A stretch of DNA of 64,000 bases from Candidatus Moraniibacteriota bacterium (GCA_030679995.1 JAUXSK010000015.1:3607-67606); one strand, 5' to 3'. Shown: positions 10,023-20,015, counted from the stretch's first letter. The notes: generated by a model not told the origin, from the sequence alone. Numbers and translations are program-made.

Positions 10023-11111
10023 CTAATCTCCTTGTGGGAATAAGAGTTTTGATCCGTTCCAAGGATTGGTAATAATCCCGTTGTTGTAGGCCAGATCGTC
10101 GATCTTATCGACGAGCCGGTAACGGTTGAATTTTTTAGAAATCCGGATACCTAAGAATCGGCCGGCATTCCAAGATAATAATTCAACCACTCTTTGGTTG
10201 GAAATATGGTGTTTTTTTGCCAGGGTACAGATGACTGGCACCATCTCTTGGTTGGAAGGCAATCCGCCGAGCTTATTTTGGATTTTTTCCTGCGTCGTGT
10301 GCGGCGCGTTATCAGATCCGATGAAAATCAACGGATTATCTGATAACAGGAGGTGGATGAGAAATTCACGGTGTTCGCCTGAACGCAGGGAATTGAAACA
10401 TTTGTAGAATATCGGATCCAAATCCTGGTTCCAGTTAGTGCCATCGGAATCAAACCACAGGTAATGCGGGCAGAGCTCGATGGCGATCGGAAGCCCTTTT
10501 TTCTGGGCTTTTAGGATTAACTCGGCGCTTTCTCGGCAGGAAACATGGCAGATGATGACTTTGGCGCCGGGCACTTGCGAGGCCAGGGAAATCATATCCT
10601 CGACATCGGCCACTTCGGCGTTAATCGTGTGTCCTTCCTGGGCGATGATTGCCGGATTATCACAATGGCGAGCATAAACCTTTCTATACTGTCTGACTAA
10701 ATGCAATCCGGCCAGGCGGGTCCTCGGGTCAAAAACTCCAATAGTCCCCGTCGTCACGGTCGCTCCGTCCGCGCCCAGCGGATAATCTTTGAGGCCGAGG
10801 ACTTCGCGGAATTTGAGCGCCGCTTCACACTCAACTAAATTTTGATCAGTAAGGCCGAAGTGTGAATGTTGCTGATTTTTGAGACATAATTTCTTACTGG
10901 CATTTCCGAGTAGTCTTAGTTGATGTTGTAACATCGTGAGATTGGTGATGGCTGGCAGCGTATTGGGCATAAAAACTGAAATGGAAATCAACGCCTCCAA
11001 AGCTTCTGATAATGTCTGTCGGATAGTTGTTTTATATGATTGCTTCAGGTCGCGCCCGTGGCAATGGGAATCGATAATCGTTTCGGGCAAACAAATGGTG
11101 TTTTTCTGCAT
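10023..11111 (-). CDS. pyrC: dihydroorotase-like amidohydrolase
   Basis: metal-binding DSHCHGRD (HxH) near N-terminus and GSDNAPH near C-terminus, matching DHOase catalytic motifs; ORF extends to 11198 but the conserved domain begins at MQKN (11111), alternative start 11141. Confidence 0.6.
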   Translation of the reverse strand: MQKNTICLPETIIDSHCHGRDLKQSYKTTIRQTLSEALEALISISVFMPNTLPAITNLTMLQHQLRLLGNASKKLCLKNQQHSHFGLTDQNLVECEAALKFREVLGLKDYPLGADGATVTTGTIGVFDPRTRLAGLHLVRQYRKVYARHCDNPAIIAQEGHTINAEVADVEDMISLASQVPGAKVIICHVSCRESAELILKAQKKGLPIAIELCPHYLWFDSDGTNWNQDLDPIFYKCFNSLRSGEHREFLIHLLLSDNPLIFIGSDNAPHTTQEKIQNKLGGLPSNQEMVPVICTLAKKHHISNQRVVELLSWNAGRFLGIRISKKFNRYRLVDKIDDLAYNNGIITNPWNGSKLLFPQGD

Positions 11112-11257
11112 AACGTACCTCTTGGTGGTTGGTGGATTCATCTGGTAAACGGCATATTTTGTTGTTAAGGTTACTTTAGTTGTAGCAACTTTGACCAATT
11201 ATTGTCAATTAACGGATGATTTTTGCCACTGGGCGGATATTGGTGTAAAATAAAGCT

Positions 11258-11680
11258 ATGGATGAGAAAATTGTGATGTATACCGATGGAGGTTCAAGGG
11301 GGAATCCCGGACCGGCCGGCATCGGGGTCTATATCGAAACGCTAGGCAAGAAATACGGCGAATGTATCGGGGAAAAAACCAATAATGAAGCGGAATATGC
11401 CGCGTTGATTTTTGGTTTGAAAAAATTGAAACAATTGCTGGGGAAAAAAGCCAAGCAATCGCATATAAGATGTTATCTGGACAGCGAACTGGTCGTGAAA
11501 CAATTGAACCACGAATATAAGTTGAAAGATGCCAGAATCCAAAATTTTTTCATTGAGATTTGGAATCTGATGCTGGATTTCAGCAAGGTGGAATTCAGCC
11601 ATATCCTGCGCGAGAAAAACAAGATCGCGGACGCTTTAGTGAATGAAGCGTTGGATACGCAACAAGATAAATTATTTTAA
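11258..11680 (+). CDS. rnhA: ribonuclease HI
   Basis: 140 aa; MYTDGGSRGNPGPAGIGV...NNEAEYAALI...CYLDSELVVKQL RNase H type 1 catalytic residues. Confidence 0.85.
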   Translation: MDEKIVMYTDGGSRGNPGPAGIGVYIETLGKKYGECIGEKTNNEAEYAALIFGLKKLKQLLGKKAKQSHIRCYLDSELVVKQLNHEYKLKDARIQNFFIEIWNLMLDFSKVEFSHILREKNKIADALVNEALDTQQDKLF

Positions 11681-11688
11681 ACAAAACG

Positions 11689-12687
11689 ATGAAGAAAAAA
11701 ATAATCTGGATTATCGTGATTATCGCCGCGGTATTCGGCGGCTATGAATATTTCGCCGGTAAAAAACCGGTCACGACCTATACTACCGAAAACGTGAAGC
11801 GCGGAAGTCTGGCGCAGACGGTTTCCGAAACCGGCACGATCAATCCGGTGGATCAGCTGGATTTGTCATTTAAAGTCAGTGGGCGGGTTATCGAATTGAC
11901 TGCGGATGTGGGTGATACGGTGAAAGCGGGACAACTTTTGGCTCAAGTCGATCTGGGGACGCTCAGTGCGGAATTATCCGGTGTCCGGCAGGATTTGCAG
12001 GTCCAAAAAGAAACTTTGGCGAGTATGAAAAAAAATCCCAGCCAGTATAACTATGAGGATAAGGACGCGCAAAGAGCCAAGATAAGGTCGGCTGAGGCCG
12101 CTATCAATTCGGCTCTGGCCCGCATCCGGGATACGAAAATGTTTTCTCCAGCGGACGCGACGGTTCTTAAACGGGGAGTCGATCTGTATGAAACGACCGT
12201 GGCCAATAGTCCAAGTCCGGTTTTTACGATCGGTAATCCGGATGATTTGGTTATTGAAACTGAAGTTCCGGAATCGGATATCGTGAAAGTGAAATTGGGG
12301 CAAAAATCGGAAGTGACTTTCGACGCTTTGCCGGCTGACCAGATATTTGAAGCTGAGGTGACGGAAATCGACCCGGCTTCGACTGTCATCCAAGATGTGG
12401 TGAGTTATCGTGTAAAATTGAAGTTGGCTGTTCAAGATGGACGCATCAAGCCCGGGATGAGCGCCAATATCGACATTATGACAGCTGGGAAAGACGATGT
12501 CCTTATGATTCCGGTACGCGCTATCCATATGGATGGTAAGCAAAAATACGTGGATGTTTTGACGGATGAGAAAAACAACATCACCGAACGCCGCAATATC
12601 ACGACCGGCCTGGAAGGCGATGAGGGAATGATTGAGGTGGTTTCGGGATTGAAGGAAGGCGAAGCGGTAATTACGTTTGTGAAATGA
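11689..12687 (+). CDS. efflux transporter periplasmic adaptor subunit (HlyD/MacA family)
   Basis: 332 aa; N-terminal TM, coiled-coil and beta-barrel adaptor architecture; stop overlaps next gene start (ATGA). Confidence 0.8.
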   Translation: MKKKIIWIIVIIAAVFGGYEYFAGKKPVTTYTTENVKRGSLAQTVSETGTINPVDQLDLSFKVSGRVIELTADVGDTVKAGQLLAQVDLGTLSAELSGVRQDLQVQKETLASMKKNPSQYNYEDKDAQRAKIRSAEAAINSALARIRDTKMFSPADATVLKRGVDLYETTVANSPSPVFTIGNPDDLVIETEVPESDIVKVKLGQKSEVTFDALPADQIFEAEVTEIDPASTVIQDVVSYRVKLKLAVQDGRIKPGMSANIDIMTAGKDDVLMIPVRAIHMDGKQKYVDVLTDEKNNITERRNITTGLEGDEGMIEVVSGLKEGEAVITFVK

Positions 12688-13415
12688 TTATGGGTTTGAT
12701 CCAGGCTAGAAATTTAAATAAGACTTATGACAATGAAGGTGTTTTGACTCCGGCGGTAAAAGACGTGACTTTTAGGATTGACAAAGGTGAATTTGTGGCG
12801 ATTATGGGACCAAGCGGATCGGGTAAATCGACACTGATGCAGATGTTGGGTTTTTTGGATCGTCCGACGAAGGGCGAATATCTTTTTGATGGAAAAAATA
12901 CGGAAAGTTTTTCTGATGACGAGCTGGCGCTTATCCGCAATAAAAAAGTCGGCTTCGTATTCCAAGCCTTCAATCTTTTGCCGAGGACTTCGGTGATGGA
13001 GAATGTGGAATTGCCGCTCTTATATGATTCCCAGCGCGAGAAAAAGGAGATGATTGAAAAAAAAGTCATAGCTGCGCTTAAAGCGGTGAATATGGAACAT
13101 CGGGCTACGTATCTATCTAACCAGTTATCCGGCGGGGAAAAACAGCGGGTGGCGGTCGCGCGGGCTTTGGTTAATGATCCGGAAGTTTTGTTCGCGGACG
13201 AGCCGACGGGGAATTTGGATTCCAAGTCCGGTATCCAGGTGATGAAAATCCTTCAGAAGCTTAATGATGATGGACATACTATCATCCTGGTGACCCACGA
13301 AACTTTCACGGCCGAACATGCCAAGCGGATAATTATGATGAAAGACGGCGATATCACGCAAGATTTTCCTGTCCAAAACCGCCGGATCGCCCGCGACGGG
13401 GAAATATTGAAATAA
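12684..13415 (+). CDS. ABC transporter ATP-binding protein (MacB/LolD-like)
   Basis: Walker A GPSGSGKST, ABC signature LSGGEKQRVAVARAL, Walker B LFADEPTGNLD. Confidence 0.9.
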   Translation: MIMGLIQARNLNKTYDNEGVLTPAVKDVTFRIDKGEFVAIMGPSGSGKSTLMQMLGFLDRPTKGEYLFDGKNTESFSDDELALIRNKKVGFVFQAFNLLPRTSVMENVELPLLYDSQREKKEMIEKKVIAALKAVNMEHRATYLSNQLSGGEKQRVAVARALVNDPEVLFADEPTGNLDSKSGIQVMKILQKLNDDGHTIILVTHETFTAEHAKRIIMMKDGDITQDFPVQNRRIARDGEILK

Positions 13416-13446
13416 GGGAAAAAATTATTTCCTTCGAGAAAATAAT

Positions 13447-14688
13447 ATGCGGCTTTTAGATCCGATCAAAATTTCATACAAAAACATCTTGGCGGCGAAA
13501 TTCCGTTCATTTTTGACTGTTTTGGGAATTATCATCGGGGTGGCTTCGGTCATCATCGTGATGGCCATCGGCGCGAGTGCGCAAGCTTTGATTTTAGACC
13601 AAGTGTCCGATATCGGGTCCAATTTGGTGGGGGTCTTGCCGGGTGGATCGGAAGAAAAAGGTCCGCCGGCGGCGTTACTCGGAACGGTCATTACGACGCT
13701 CAAATATGAAGATTTGAAAGCGATTCTTTCCAGGAGCAATGTGCCGGACGTGACGAACGGTTCCGGCTATGTGACTGGCGTGGCTACGGCCAAATATCAG
13801 GATAACAGTTTTTCCGTAACATATCAGGGCGTAAGCTCCGATCTGCCGGCCGTGGAAAATATCAATGTGGCGGAAGGACGTTTTTTTATGCCGGAAGAAG
13901 AAACCAATCTGGCGCGCGTTGTTATTTTGGGCGCGGACCGGGTAGTGGATTTTTTCCCGAATGTCGATCCGATCGGGAAAACGCTTACGATAAAAAATCT
14001 CAATTTCACCGTAGTCGGCGTCTTGGATAAGAAAGGCGCCTCGGCTTTTTCCAATTCCGATCAGACTATTTTTGTGCCACTTTTTACGGCGCAAAAACTG
14101 CTTCTAGGAATCGATTATTTGAACTTTATCCGTGTCAAGGCCAATGATCCGCAGAATGTCACCCGGGCCGTATCGGATATAAAAATAACTTTGCGCCAAA
14201 GGCATAGTATTGAGGATCCAGCAGATGATGATTTCACGGTGCGCGATACGGCGCAGGCGCTTTCAACGCTGACCAGCGTAACGGACATTTTGAAATATTT
14301 CCTGGCTTCTATCGCGGCGATTTCGCTTCTGGTGGGCGGAGTAGGCGTGATGAATATAATGTTAGTGGCGGTCAACCAGCGCATCCGGGAAATCGGCCTG
14401 CGAAAGGCGGTCGGCGCACGCAATCACCATATAACTTCGCAATTTTTAATTGAAGCAGTTTTCATCACGCTGGTCGGCGGGATTCTGGGAATTATAACCG
14501 GTATATTCATATCTTATCTGGCGGCCGTCATCATCCGATACTTGGGAAATAATTGGCAGTTCATCATTACCGGACAGTCTGTTATCATAGCGACGTCAGT
14601 CACTTTTATTGTCGGAATCGTCTTTGGGATGTATCCCGCCCGTAAAGCTTCGCAGGTCTCGCCGATGGAAGCGTTGCGGTATGAGTAG
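13447..14688 (+). CDS. ABC transporter permease, FtsX/MacB-type
   Basis: 413 aa; N-terminal TM, large periplasmic domain, C-terminal FtsX 3-TM region with conserved ...RIREIGLRKAVGA... motif. Confidence 0.85.
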   Translation: MRLLDPIKISYKNILAAKFRSFLTVLGIIIGVASVIIVMAIGASAQALILDQVSDIGSNLVGVLPGGSEEKGPPAALLGTVITTLKYEDLKAILSRSNVPDVTNGSGYVTGVATAKYQDNSFSVTYQGVSSDLPAVENINVAEGRFFMPEEETNLARVVILGADRVVDFFPNVDPIGKTLTIKNLNFTVVGVLDKKGASAFSNSDQTIFVPLFTAQKLLLGIDYLNFIRVKANDPQNVTRAVSDIKITLRQRHSIEDPADDDFTVRDTAQALSTLTSVTDILKYFLASIAAISLLVGGVGVMNIMLVAVNQRIREIGLRKAVGARNHHITSQFLIEAVFITLVGGILGIITGIFISYLAAVIIRYLGNNWQFIITGQSVIIATSVTFIVGIVFGMYPARKASQVSPMEALRYE

Positions 14689-14693
14689 GAATC

Positions 14694-14789
14694 TAAAATT
14701 ACAAAATGATAGATTTGAAAAAGTTTTTATTTTTGGAATTTAGGATTTTAAATTTATTTGTGATTCGTAATTTTGAATTTGTAATTTAA
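14694..14789. repeat. intergenic AT-rich element with terminal inverted repeats, copy A (5' of second FtsX gene)
   Basis: TIRs aaattacaaa (14696-14705) / tttgtaattt (14778-14787); shares internal motifs (aaaag-tttttatttt core, attttgaatttgtaatttaa 3' box) with copies at 33001-33130 and 54540-54660; ends 8 nt before the ATG. Confidence 0.55.
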
Positions 14790-14795
14790 GCAATT

Positions 14796-16049
14796 ATGCA
14801 TGAATTTTTCATTTCAATTAAATTGGCGATTAAAAATCTCCGGGCCAATCTTGGACGGACGGTTTTGACATTGGTCGGGATCGTAATCGGGATAACCTCG
14901 GTAATCGTGATAATGTCGAGCGGCCAGGGTGTGAAGAATTTCGTGCTAGGACAGGTTAGTAGCTTCGGGAATGATGTGATCCAAATCGAGGTGAAAGTTC
15001 CGGCAACTGGAAAAACTTCGGCGCAAAACGCTATCGGCCAGGCGCAGGGCATCCAGATTACGACGCTTAAGGAAGGCGATGCCGATGCGATTGCGAAGCT
15101 TCCGAATGTGGCTGGCCTATACACGGCCAATTATACGCAAGAAATCGCGAGTTATCAGAATACGAAAAAGCGTACCTTGATTTTCGGCGCTAGTGCGGGA
15201 GTGCCCGATATCGATCCGGGAGTGAAAGTGGCGGAAGGTAGTTTTTTTACGGACGACGATAACCGCAGTTTGGCGCAAGTCGTCGTTATTGGACCGGATA
15301 TCGCGCAAACTTTTTTCGGAACGGACGAGGCATTAGGCAAAAAAATCAAGATCCGCAATCAAAATTACAAAGTCATCGGAATTTTGGAAAAGCGCGGAAC
15401 GATCAGCATGATAAATTTTGACGAGCTGATTTATCTGCCGGTGCGCACGCTTCAGAAAAAAGTATTGGGAATCGATTATTTGCGTAACATTTTTATCAAA
15501 GTCAACGATCAGAATTTGCTGGACGTGACAGTCGCCGACCTGACAGACACGATGCGGCGCGAACACGGCATCACCGATCCTAATAAGGATGATTTTTCCG
15601 TGACTTCGCTTAAAGAAGCGCAAGAAATCGTGGCGACAGTTTTTAATACGATCAATATCCTGCTTTTGGCGCTGACCTCGATTTCTTTGGTAGTCGGAGG
15701 CGTGGGGATTATGAATATAATGTATGTCGCGGTGGTGGAGCGGACTTTTGAAATCGGCCTCAGGAAGGCAGTCGGCGCCCGGCCGAAGGATATTTTACGG
15801 CAGTTTTTGTGGGAAGCGATTTTTATCACGCTGGCTGGCGGAATTGTCGGTATCGCGCTGGGATTCTTGTTCACTTTTATTTTATCGTATGTTTTTTCAA
15901 CCCTGGGTTTCAATCTGACTATGATTGTCAGCACACAGGCGATTTTCATTGCGGTCGGGTTTTCTGCGACAGTCGGCCTCATCTTCGGCTATTACCCCGC
16001 CCGCAAAGCTTCGCTCTTGTCTCCGATGGAAGCACTGAGAAAAGAATGA
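14796..16049 (+). CDS. ABC transporter permease, FtsX/MacB-type (second copy)
   Basis: 417 aa; same architecture as 13447..14688, conserved ...RTFEIGLRKAVGA... Confidence 0.85.
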   Translation: MHEFFISIKLAIKNLRANLGRTVLTLVGIVIGITSVIVIMSSGQGVKNFVLGQVSSFGNDVIQIEVKVPATGKTSAQNAIGQAQGIQITTLKEGDADAIAKLPNVAGLYTANYTQEIASYQNTKKRTLIFGASAGVPDIDPGVKVAEGSFFTDDDNRSLAQVVVIGPDIAQTFFGTDEALGKKIKIRNQNYKVIGILEKRGTISMINFDELIYLPVRTLQKKVLGIDYLRNIFIKVNDQNLLDVTVADLTDTMRREHGITDPNKDDFSVTSLKEAQEIVATVFNTINILLLALTSISLVVGGVGIMNIMYVAVVERTFEIGLRKAVGARPKDILRQFLWEAIFITLAGGIVGIALGFLFTFILSYVFSTLGFNLTMIVSTQAIFIAVGFSATVGLIFGYYPARKASLLSPMEALRKE

Positions 16050-16157
16050 CAAAACTTTTGATTATGCAATATAACGGAAAAAGCGCAAGTTGTCGCTTTT
16101 TTTCGTTTATGCTAACCTTAAAGGGCTAATTTCTTATATTTGGTTAAATAAACGATT

Positions 16158-16538
16158 ATGGAAGAAAAGCTATCGGATATCGGGGAGGGAAAAATTAAAG
16201 AGGTGGAAATCGAGCCGGCCATAGTGTCGGAAGATGGGGTGGTTCAAAAAATGGAAATGGAGCGTCATAAAAAGATGGATGCCTATATCGAATTCGGATT
16301 AATCCTTATTTTAGGTATTTTGATCGGTATTGCGGTCAAGACTGAAGCTAATAAGAGGCTTGTTATTGGATTTGATGATTATCGGATGAAATTAGCCAAA
16401 CAGGATTTCAACATCAATAAATTGCAGTTCGAAATGGCTAAAAAAAATGCGGAAGAGCCAGCGGCTGATCAAGGGTCGGGTGGCCAACAAAATCAGGTTG
16501 AACCGGCAGGGGAAGGCGCGGCTGAAACTGATTTATAA
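16158..16538 (+). CDS. hypothetical small membrane protein with acidic/Gly-rich tail
   Basis: 126 aa ORF; one predicted TM (FGLILILGILIGIAV); no recognisable domain. Confidence 0.4.
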   Translation: MEEKLSDIGEGKIKEVEIEPAIVSEDGVVQKMEMERHKKMDAYIEFGLILILGILIGIAVKTEANKRLVIGFDDYRMKLAKQDFNINKLQFEMAKKNAEEPAADQGSGGQQNQVEPAGEGAAETDL

Positions 16539-16561
16539 ATAACATATCTAATAATAAAAAT

Positions 16562-17578
16562 ATGGAATCGAAAAAGGATACGAAAATCAAAAATCTGCTT
16601 TCAATCACAATACTTTTGGCTGGTCTTTTTGCGGGCAGCCTGTTCGTGGATGTGGCGCAAGTCATCAAAGGGAGCGGATTTTCCTCTAAGAACCTGAACC
16701 GGGCGGAAATTTTTGAGGCGAATGGAAAAACTTGGGTGGCCTATAGCGAGCCGGCGGTAGGCGTCAAAGTCATCAGTGACGATGCTTGTGAGAAATGCGA
16801 TCCATCGGAAGCTTTGGTTTGGTTGCGCCGGGTTTTGCCGACAATCAGCGCCGAGAAAGTCGCCTATGATAGCCAGGCTGGCAAGGATTTGATCAATAAA
16901 TTCGGCATATCGACGCTGCCCGCTTTTATCTTTGATGGTAATATCACTAAGACTGATTTCTATGCGCAGGCTCAGATACTGTTTGATCCGAAAGACGAAT
17001 CATATATTATGAAAACTCAGGAACTGGGATTGGAACCTGGAAAATATCTGAATATTCCGGAAACAAAAGAAGGTGATGCGACCTTTGGCAAGCTGGATTC
17101 GGAAGTGCGGGTGGTGGTATTTTCAGATTTCCAATGCCCGTTCTGCAAATCTTTTTGGAATTCGTTGCGCGATACGATGAAAAGCTACGGGGACCGGGTC
17201 GCTTTCAGCTATAAACATCTCCCGCTTGGCATCCATCCGCAAGCCAATGATGCGGCGCTGGCCGCCGATTGTGCCTTGGAACAGGATAAATTCTGGGAAT
17301 ATGGCGATAAGCTTTATGCGGCGCAATCCGCTTGGAGCCAGTCCACTGACACCCAGTTATTCAAAAAATATGCCCAGGACTTAAAATTGGACACGGAGCA
17401 GTTCAACCAATGTCTGGATAATAAAAAATATCAGGACAAAGTTGACGCGGATAAGAATGAAGCGAACGCTTTCGGGATTTCCGGCACCCCGGCGACTTTC
17501 ATAAACAACCAATTTAAAAACGGTGTCGTGAGCACCGAAGAATTGAAATCCGCGATTGAAGCGGAGCTGGCGAAATAG
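16562..17578 (+). CDS. DsbA-family thiol:disulfide oxidoreductase (thioredoxin fold, secreted/membrane-anchored)
   Basis: 338 aa; N-terminal TM/signal, CxxC active site FQCPFCKSF. Confidence 0.7.
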   Translation: MESKKDTKIKNLLSITILLAGLFAGSLFVDVAQVIKGSGFSSKNLNRAEIFEANGKTWVAYSEPAVGVKVISDDACEKCDPSEALVWLRRVLPTISAEKVAYDSQAGKDLINKFGISTLPAFIFDGNITKTDFYAQAQILFDPKDESYIMKTQELGLEPGKYLNIPETKEGDATFGKLDSEVRVVVFSDFQCPFCKSFWNSLRDTMKSYGDRVAFSYKHLPLGIHPQANDAALAADCALEQDKFWEYGDKLYAAQSAWSQSTDTQLFKKYAQDLKLDTEQFNQCLDNKKYQDKVDADKNEANAFGISGTPATFINNQFKNGVVSTEELKSAIEAELAK

Positions 17579-17679
17579 CGCGAATCGTCCTATTTGTCGC
17601 GGATCGTTTGCTATTTCGGCGGACGGTCCGCTATCATTTTGGTGTTGCAAAAAAGCTTCCGGACTGATATCATCTAACT

Positions 17680-18882
17680 ATGGATAAAAACTTGGAAAAC
17701 AGGATAGATGAAATCCTGAACCGCGGGGTCGCGGAGGTCATTGACCGTGCGAATCTCAAAAAGAAGCTTCTTTCCGGCAAGAAATTGCGAATCAAACTCG
17801 GTATCGACCCGACCAGTCCGAACCTACATTTGGGTCGGGCCGTATCCTTGCTTAAGTTACGCGATTTGCAGGATCTGGGGCATCAGATAATCCTGCTCAT
17901 CGGCGACTTTACTGGCGTAATCGGTGACACTTCGGATAAGGAAAGTGAGCGGCCGATGCTTCAGGCGGAAGCTGTGAAGGAAAATATGCGGAGTTACCGC
18001 GAGCAAGCCGGAAAAATTTTAGATATGGAAAAAGTCGAATATTACTATAATTCGACCGGTCTTTCGAAATTGGGCTACGCGGAAATCGGCGAGCAAGCCG
18101 ACCAGTTTTCCTTGGCGGAGTTCATCGCGCGGGAGAATATCCGGAAAAGATTGGACGCGGGGACGCGGATTTCCTTGCGCGAATTATTGTATCCGTTGAT
18201 GCAAGGTTATGACAGCGTGGCATTGCAAGCCGATTTGGAATTGGGCGGGACCGACCAGCGGTTCAATCTGTTAGCCGGCCGGACGCTGCAGAAAAAATAC
18301 GGCCAAGATCCGCAGGACATCATAATGGTCAACCTGATTGAAGGGACCGACGGCCGGAAGATGAGTTCGAGTTGGGGGAATACTATCAACCTTCTGGATG
18401 ACGCGAATTCGATGTTTGGCAAAGTAATGAGTATGGGTGACGGACTGATCGTGAAATATCTTATCCATTGCACCCGGGTGCCGATGGAAGAAGTGCGCGG
18501 GATAGAGCGGGATCTGTCAGCTGGAAAAATAAATCCGCGCGATGCTAAATTGGAATTAGCGCGTGAAATCGTGAAGATTTATCATAGCGAAGCGGAGGCG
18601 GAAAAGGCCAAGGAATATTTCGTGAGGACGATTTCCAATAAGGAAATTCCTGAGGAGGTGAAGGAAATAGAGATTGATAAAGATGAAATAAAATTGGTGG
18701 AATTTTTGGTATTGGCCGGTTTGGCTAAAAGTAACGGGGAAGCCCGTCGGAAAATCGAGCAAGGCGGTTTGGAAATCAACGGGGAGCGCGAAAGTGATTG
18801 GCAGAGGGTTTTGAAAAAAGACGAGGATGGCGCGGTTTTCAAGGTAGGGAAATTCGGATTTGCAAAAATTAAATTTGAATAA
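17680..18882 (+). CDS. tyrS: tyrosine--tRNA ligase
   Basis: 400 aa; HIGH-type motif PTSPNLHLGRAV, KMSSS motif, C-terminal S4-like RNA-binding domain. Confidence 0.88.
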   Translation: MDKNLENRIDEILNRGVAEVIDRANLKKKLLSGKKLRIKLGIDPTSPNLHLGRAVSLLKLRDLQDLGHQIILLIGDFTGVIGDTSDKESERPMLQAEAVKENMRSYREQAGKILDMEKVEYYYNSTGLSKLGYAEIGEQADQFSLAEFIARENIRKRLDAGTRISLRELLYPLMQGYDSVALQADLELGGTDQRFNLLAGRTLQKKYGQDPQDIIMVNLIEGTDGRKMSSSWGNTINLLDDANSMFGKVMSMGDGLIVKYLIHCTRVPMEEVRGIERDLSAGKINPRDAKLELAREIVKIYHSEAEAEKAKEYFVRTISNKEIPEEVKEIEIDKDEIKLVEFLVLAGLAKSNGEARRKIEQGGLEINGERESDWQRVLKKDEDGAVFKVGKFGFAKIKFE

Positions 18883-18938
18883 TAATCGCCCGGACATGCT
18901 TTCCTAAAACTCGGTTTTAGGAAAGTTGAAGACGGGCC

Positions 18939-20015
18939 TTGGATTTCAGTAAAAAAATGTTGGAACAAAAAATACTGGGCATAAAAACCGAAGCATTGGA
19001 AAGGATACGGAGCGTCAAAGACGATGCCGGACTCTTTGAATTTGAAAAAAAATATCTAGGTAGGAAAAGCGAGCTCACTGGTATCTTGAAGGGACTCAAA
19101 GATTTGTCTCAGGAAGACAGGAAAAAAATCGGGGAACTGGCCAATGCTGTCAAGATGGAAATTTCCGAGGCGCTGGAAGGAAAAAAGCGGGAATTGAAAA
19201 ACGCCGGTTTTGATTTTGAAAGCGAGCGGATCGATGTGACAATTCCCAGCAAGGCAAACGGTTACGGCCATCCGCATATCTTGTCTATTGTCCAAAGGGA
19301 AATCGAAGATATTTTTACCGCGATGGGATTTGAAATCGCGGACGGTCCGGAAATTGAACAGGAATTTTATAATTTTGACGCGCTCAACGTCGCCAAGGAC
19401 CATCCGGCGCGCGATATGCAGGACACATTCTGGCTAAAGCCAGAAATCCAAAATCCAAAATCCAAAATCCAAAATAAATCAGAAAATATTTTATTGCGCA
19501 CGCATACTTCGCCTGTCCAGGTACGCTATATGGAAAAACATAAGCCACCGTTCAAGATTATCGTGCCGGGCCGCGCTTTCCGCAATGAGGCGACGGATGC
19601 CACTCACGAGCATACTTTGCACCAATTCGAGGCATTGGTCGTGGGAGATGGCGTCAATGTGGGAAATTTCAAATATATCGCGGAAACTTTTTTTACGAAG
19701 TTTTTCGGGAAAAAACTGGAAATCCGTTTGAGGCCGAGTTATTTCCCATTCGTGGAGCCCGGTTTCGAATTTGACATCAGTTGCACGGTTTGCGGCGGAC
19801 GGGGATGTCCCTCGTGCAAACACACCGGCTGGCTGGAAGTCGGCGGCGCCGGTATGGTCAATCAGAATGTTTTTGTTTCAGCGGGTTATAAAAGGAACGC
19901 GTACCAAGGTTTTGCCTGGGGATTCGGATTGGAACGGCTGGCGATGATGAAATATAAAATCGATGACATCCGTTTGATTGAAAGCGGGGATTTGAGGTTC
20001 ATTAGGCAGTTCTAA
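18939..20015 (+). CDS. pheS: phenylalanine--tRNA ligase alpha subunit
   Basis: 358 aa; class II motifs ...HPARDMQDTFW...LLRTHTSPVQ...FRNE...; contains an in-frame low-complexity insertion (see repeat 19443..19477). Confidence 0.9.
   Translation: MDFSKKMLEQKILGIKTEALERIRSVKDDAGLFEFEKKYLGRKSELTGILKGLKDLSQEDRKKIGELANAVKMEISEALEGKKRELKNAGFDFESERIDVTIPSKANGYGHPHILSIVQREIEDIFTAMGFEIADGPEIEQEFYNFDALNVAKDHPARDMQDTFWLKPEIQNPKSKIQNKSENILLRTHTSPVQVRYMEKHKPPFKIIVPGRAFRNEATDATHEHTLHQFEALVVGDGVNVGNFKYIAETFFTKFFGKKLEIRLRPSYFPFVEPGFEFDISCTVCGGRGCPSCKHTGWLEVGGAGMVNQNVFVSAGYKRNAYQGFAWGFGLERLAMMKYKIDDIRLIESGDLRFIRQF
19443..19477 (+). repeat. 7-nt tandem repeat (AAAATCC x ~4.5) inside pheS, homologous to the 5' module of the intergenic element family
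   Basis: gaaatcc aaaatcc aaaatcc aaaatcc aaaataa read directly; the 50-nt segment 19441-19490 aligns to about 85% identity with 33001-33055 (my own alignment). Confidence 0.7.

Noticed and set aside
11112-11198. N-terminal 29-aa extension of the dihydroorotase-like ORF (MVKVATTKVTLTTKYAVYQMNPPTTKRYV)
   Set aside because: Not part of the conserved amidohydrolase fold, which begins just before the DSHCHGRD metal site. The internal Met at 11111 (or 11141) is the more plausible start, though it cannot be proven from sequence.
19443-19477. Heptamer tandem repeats as a possible CRISPR array
   Set aside because: Repeat unit is 7 nt with no spacers, far too short for a CRISPR. No cas genes are in the window. 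Similar short repeat-spacer periodicity is seen nowhere else.
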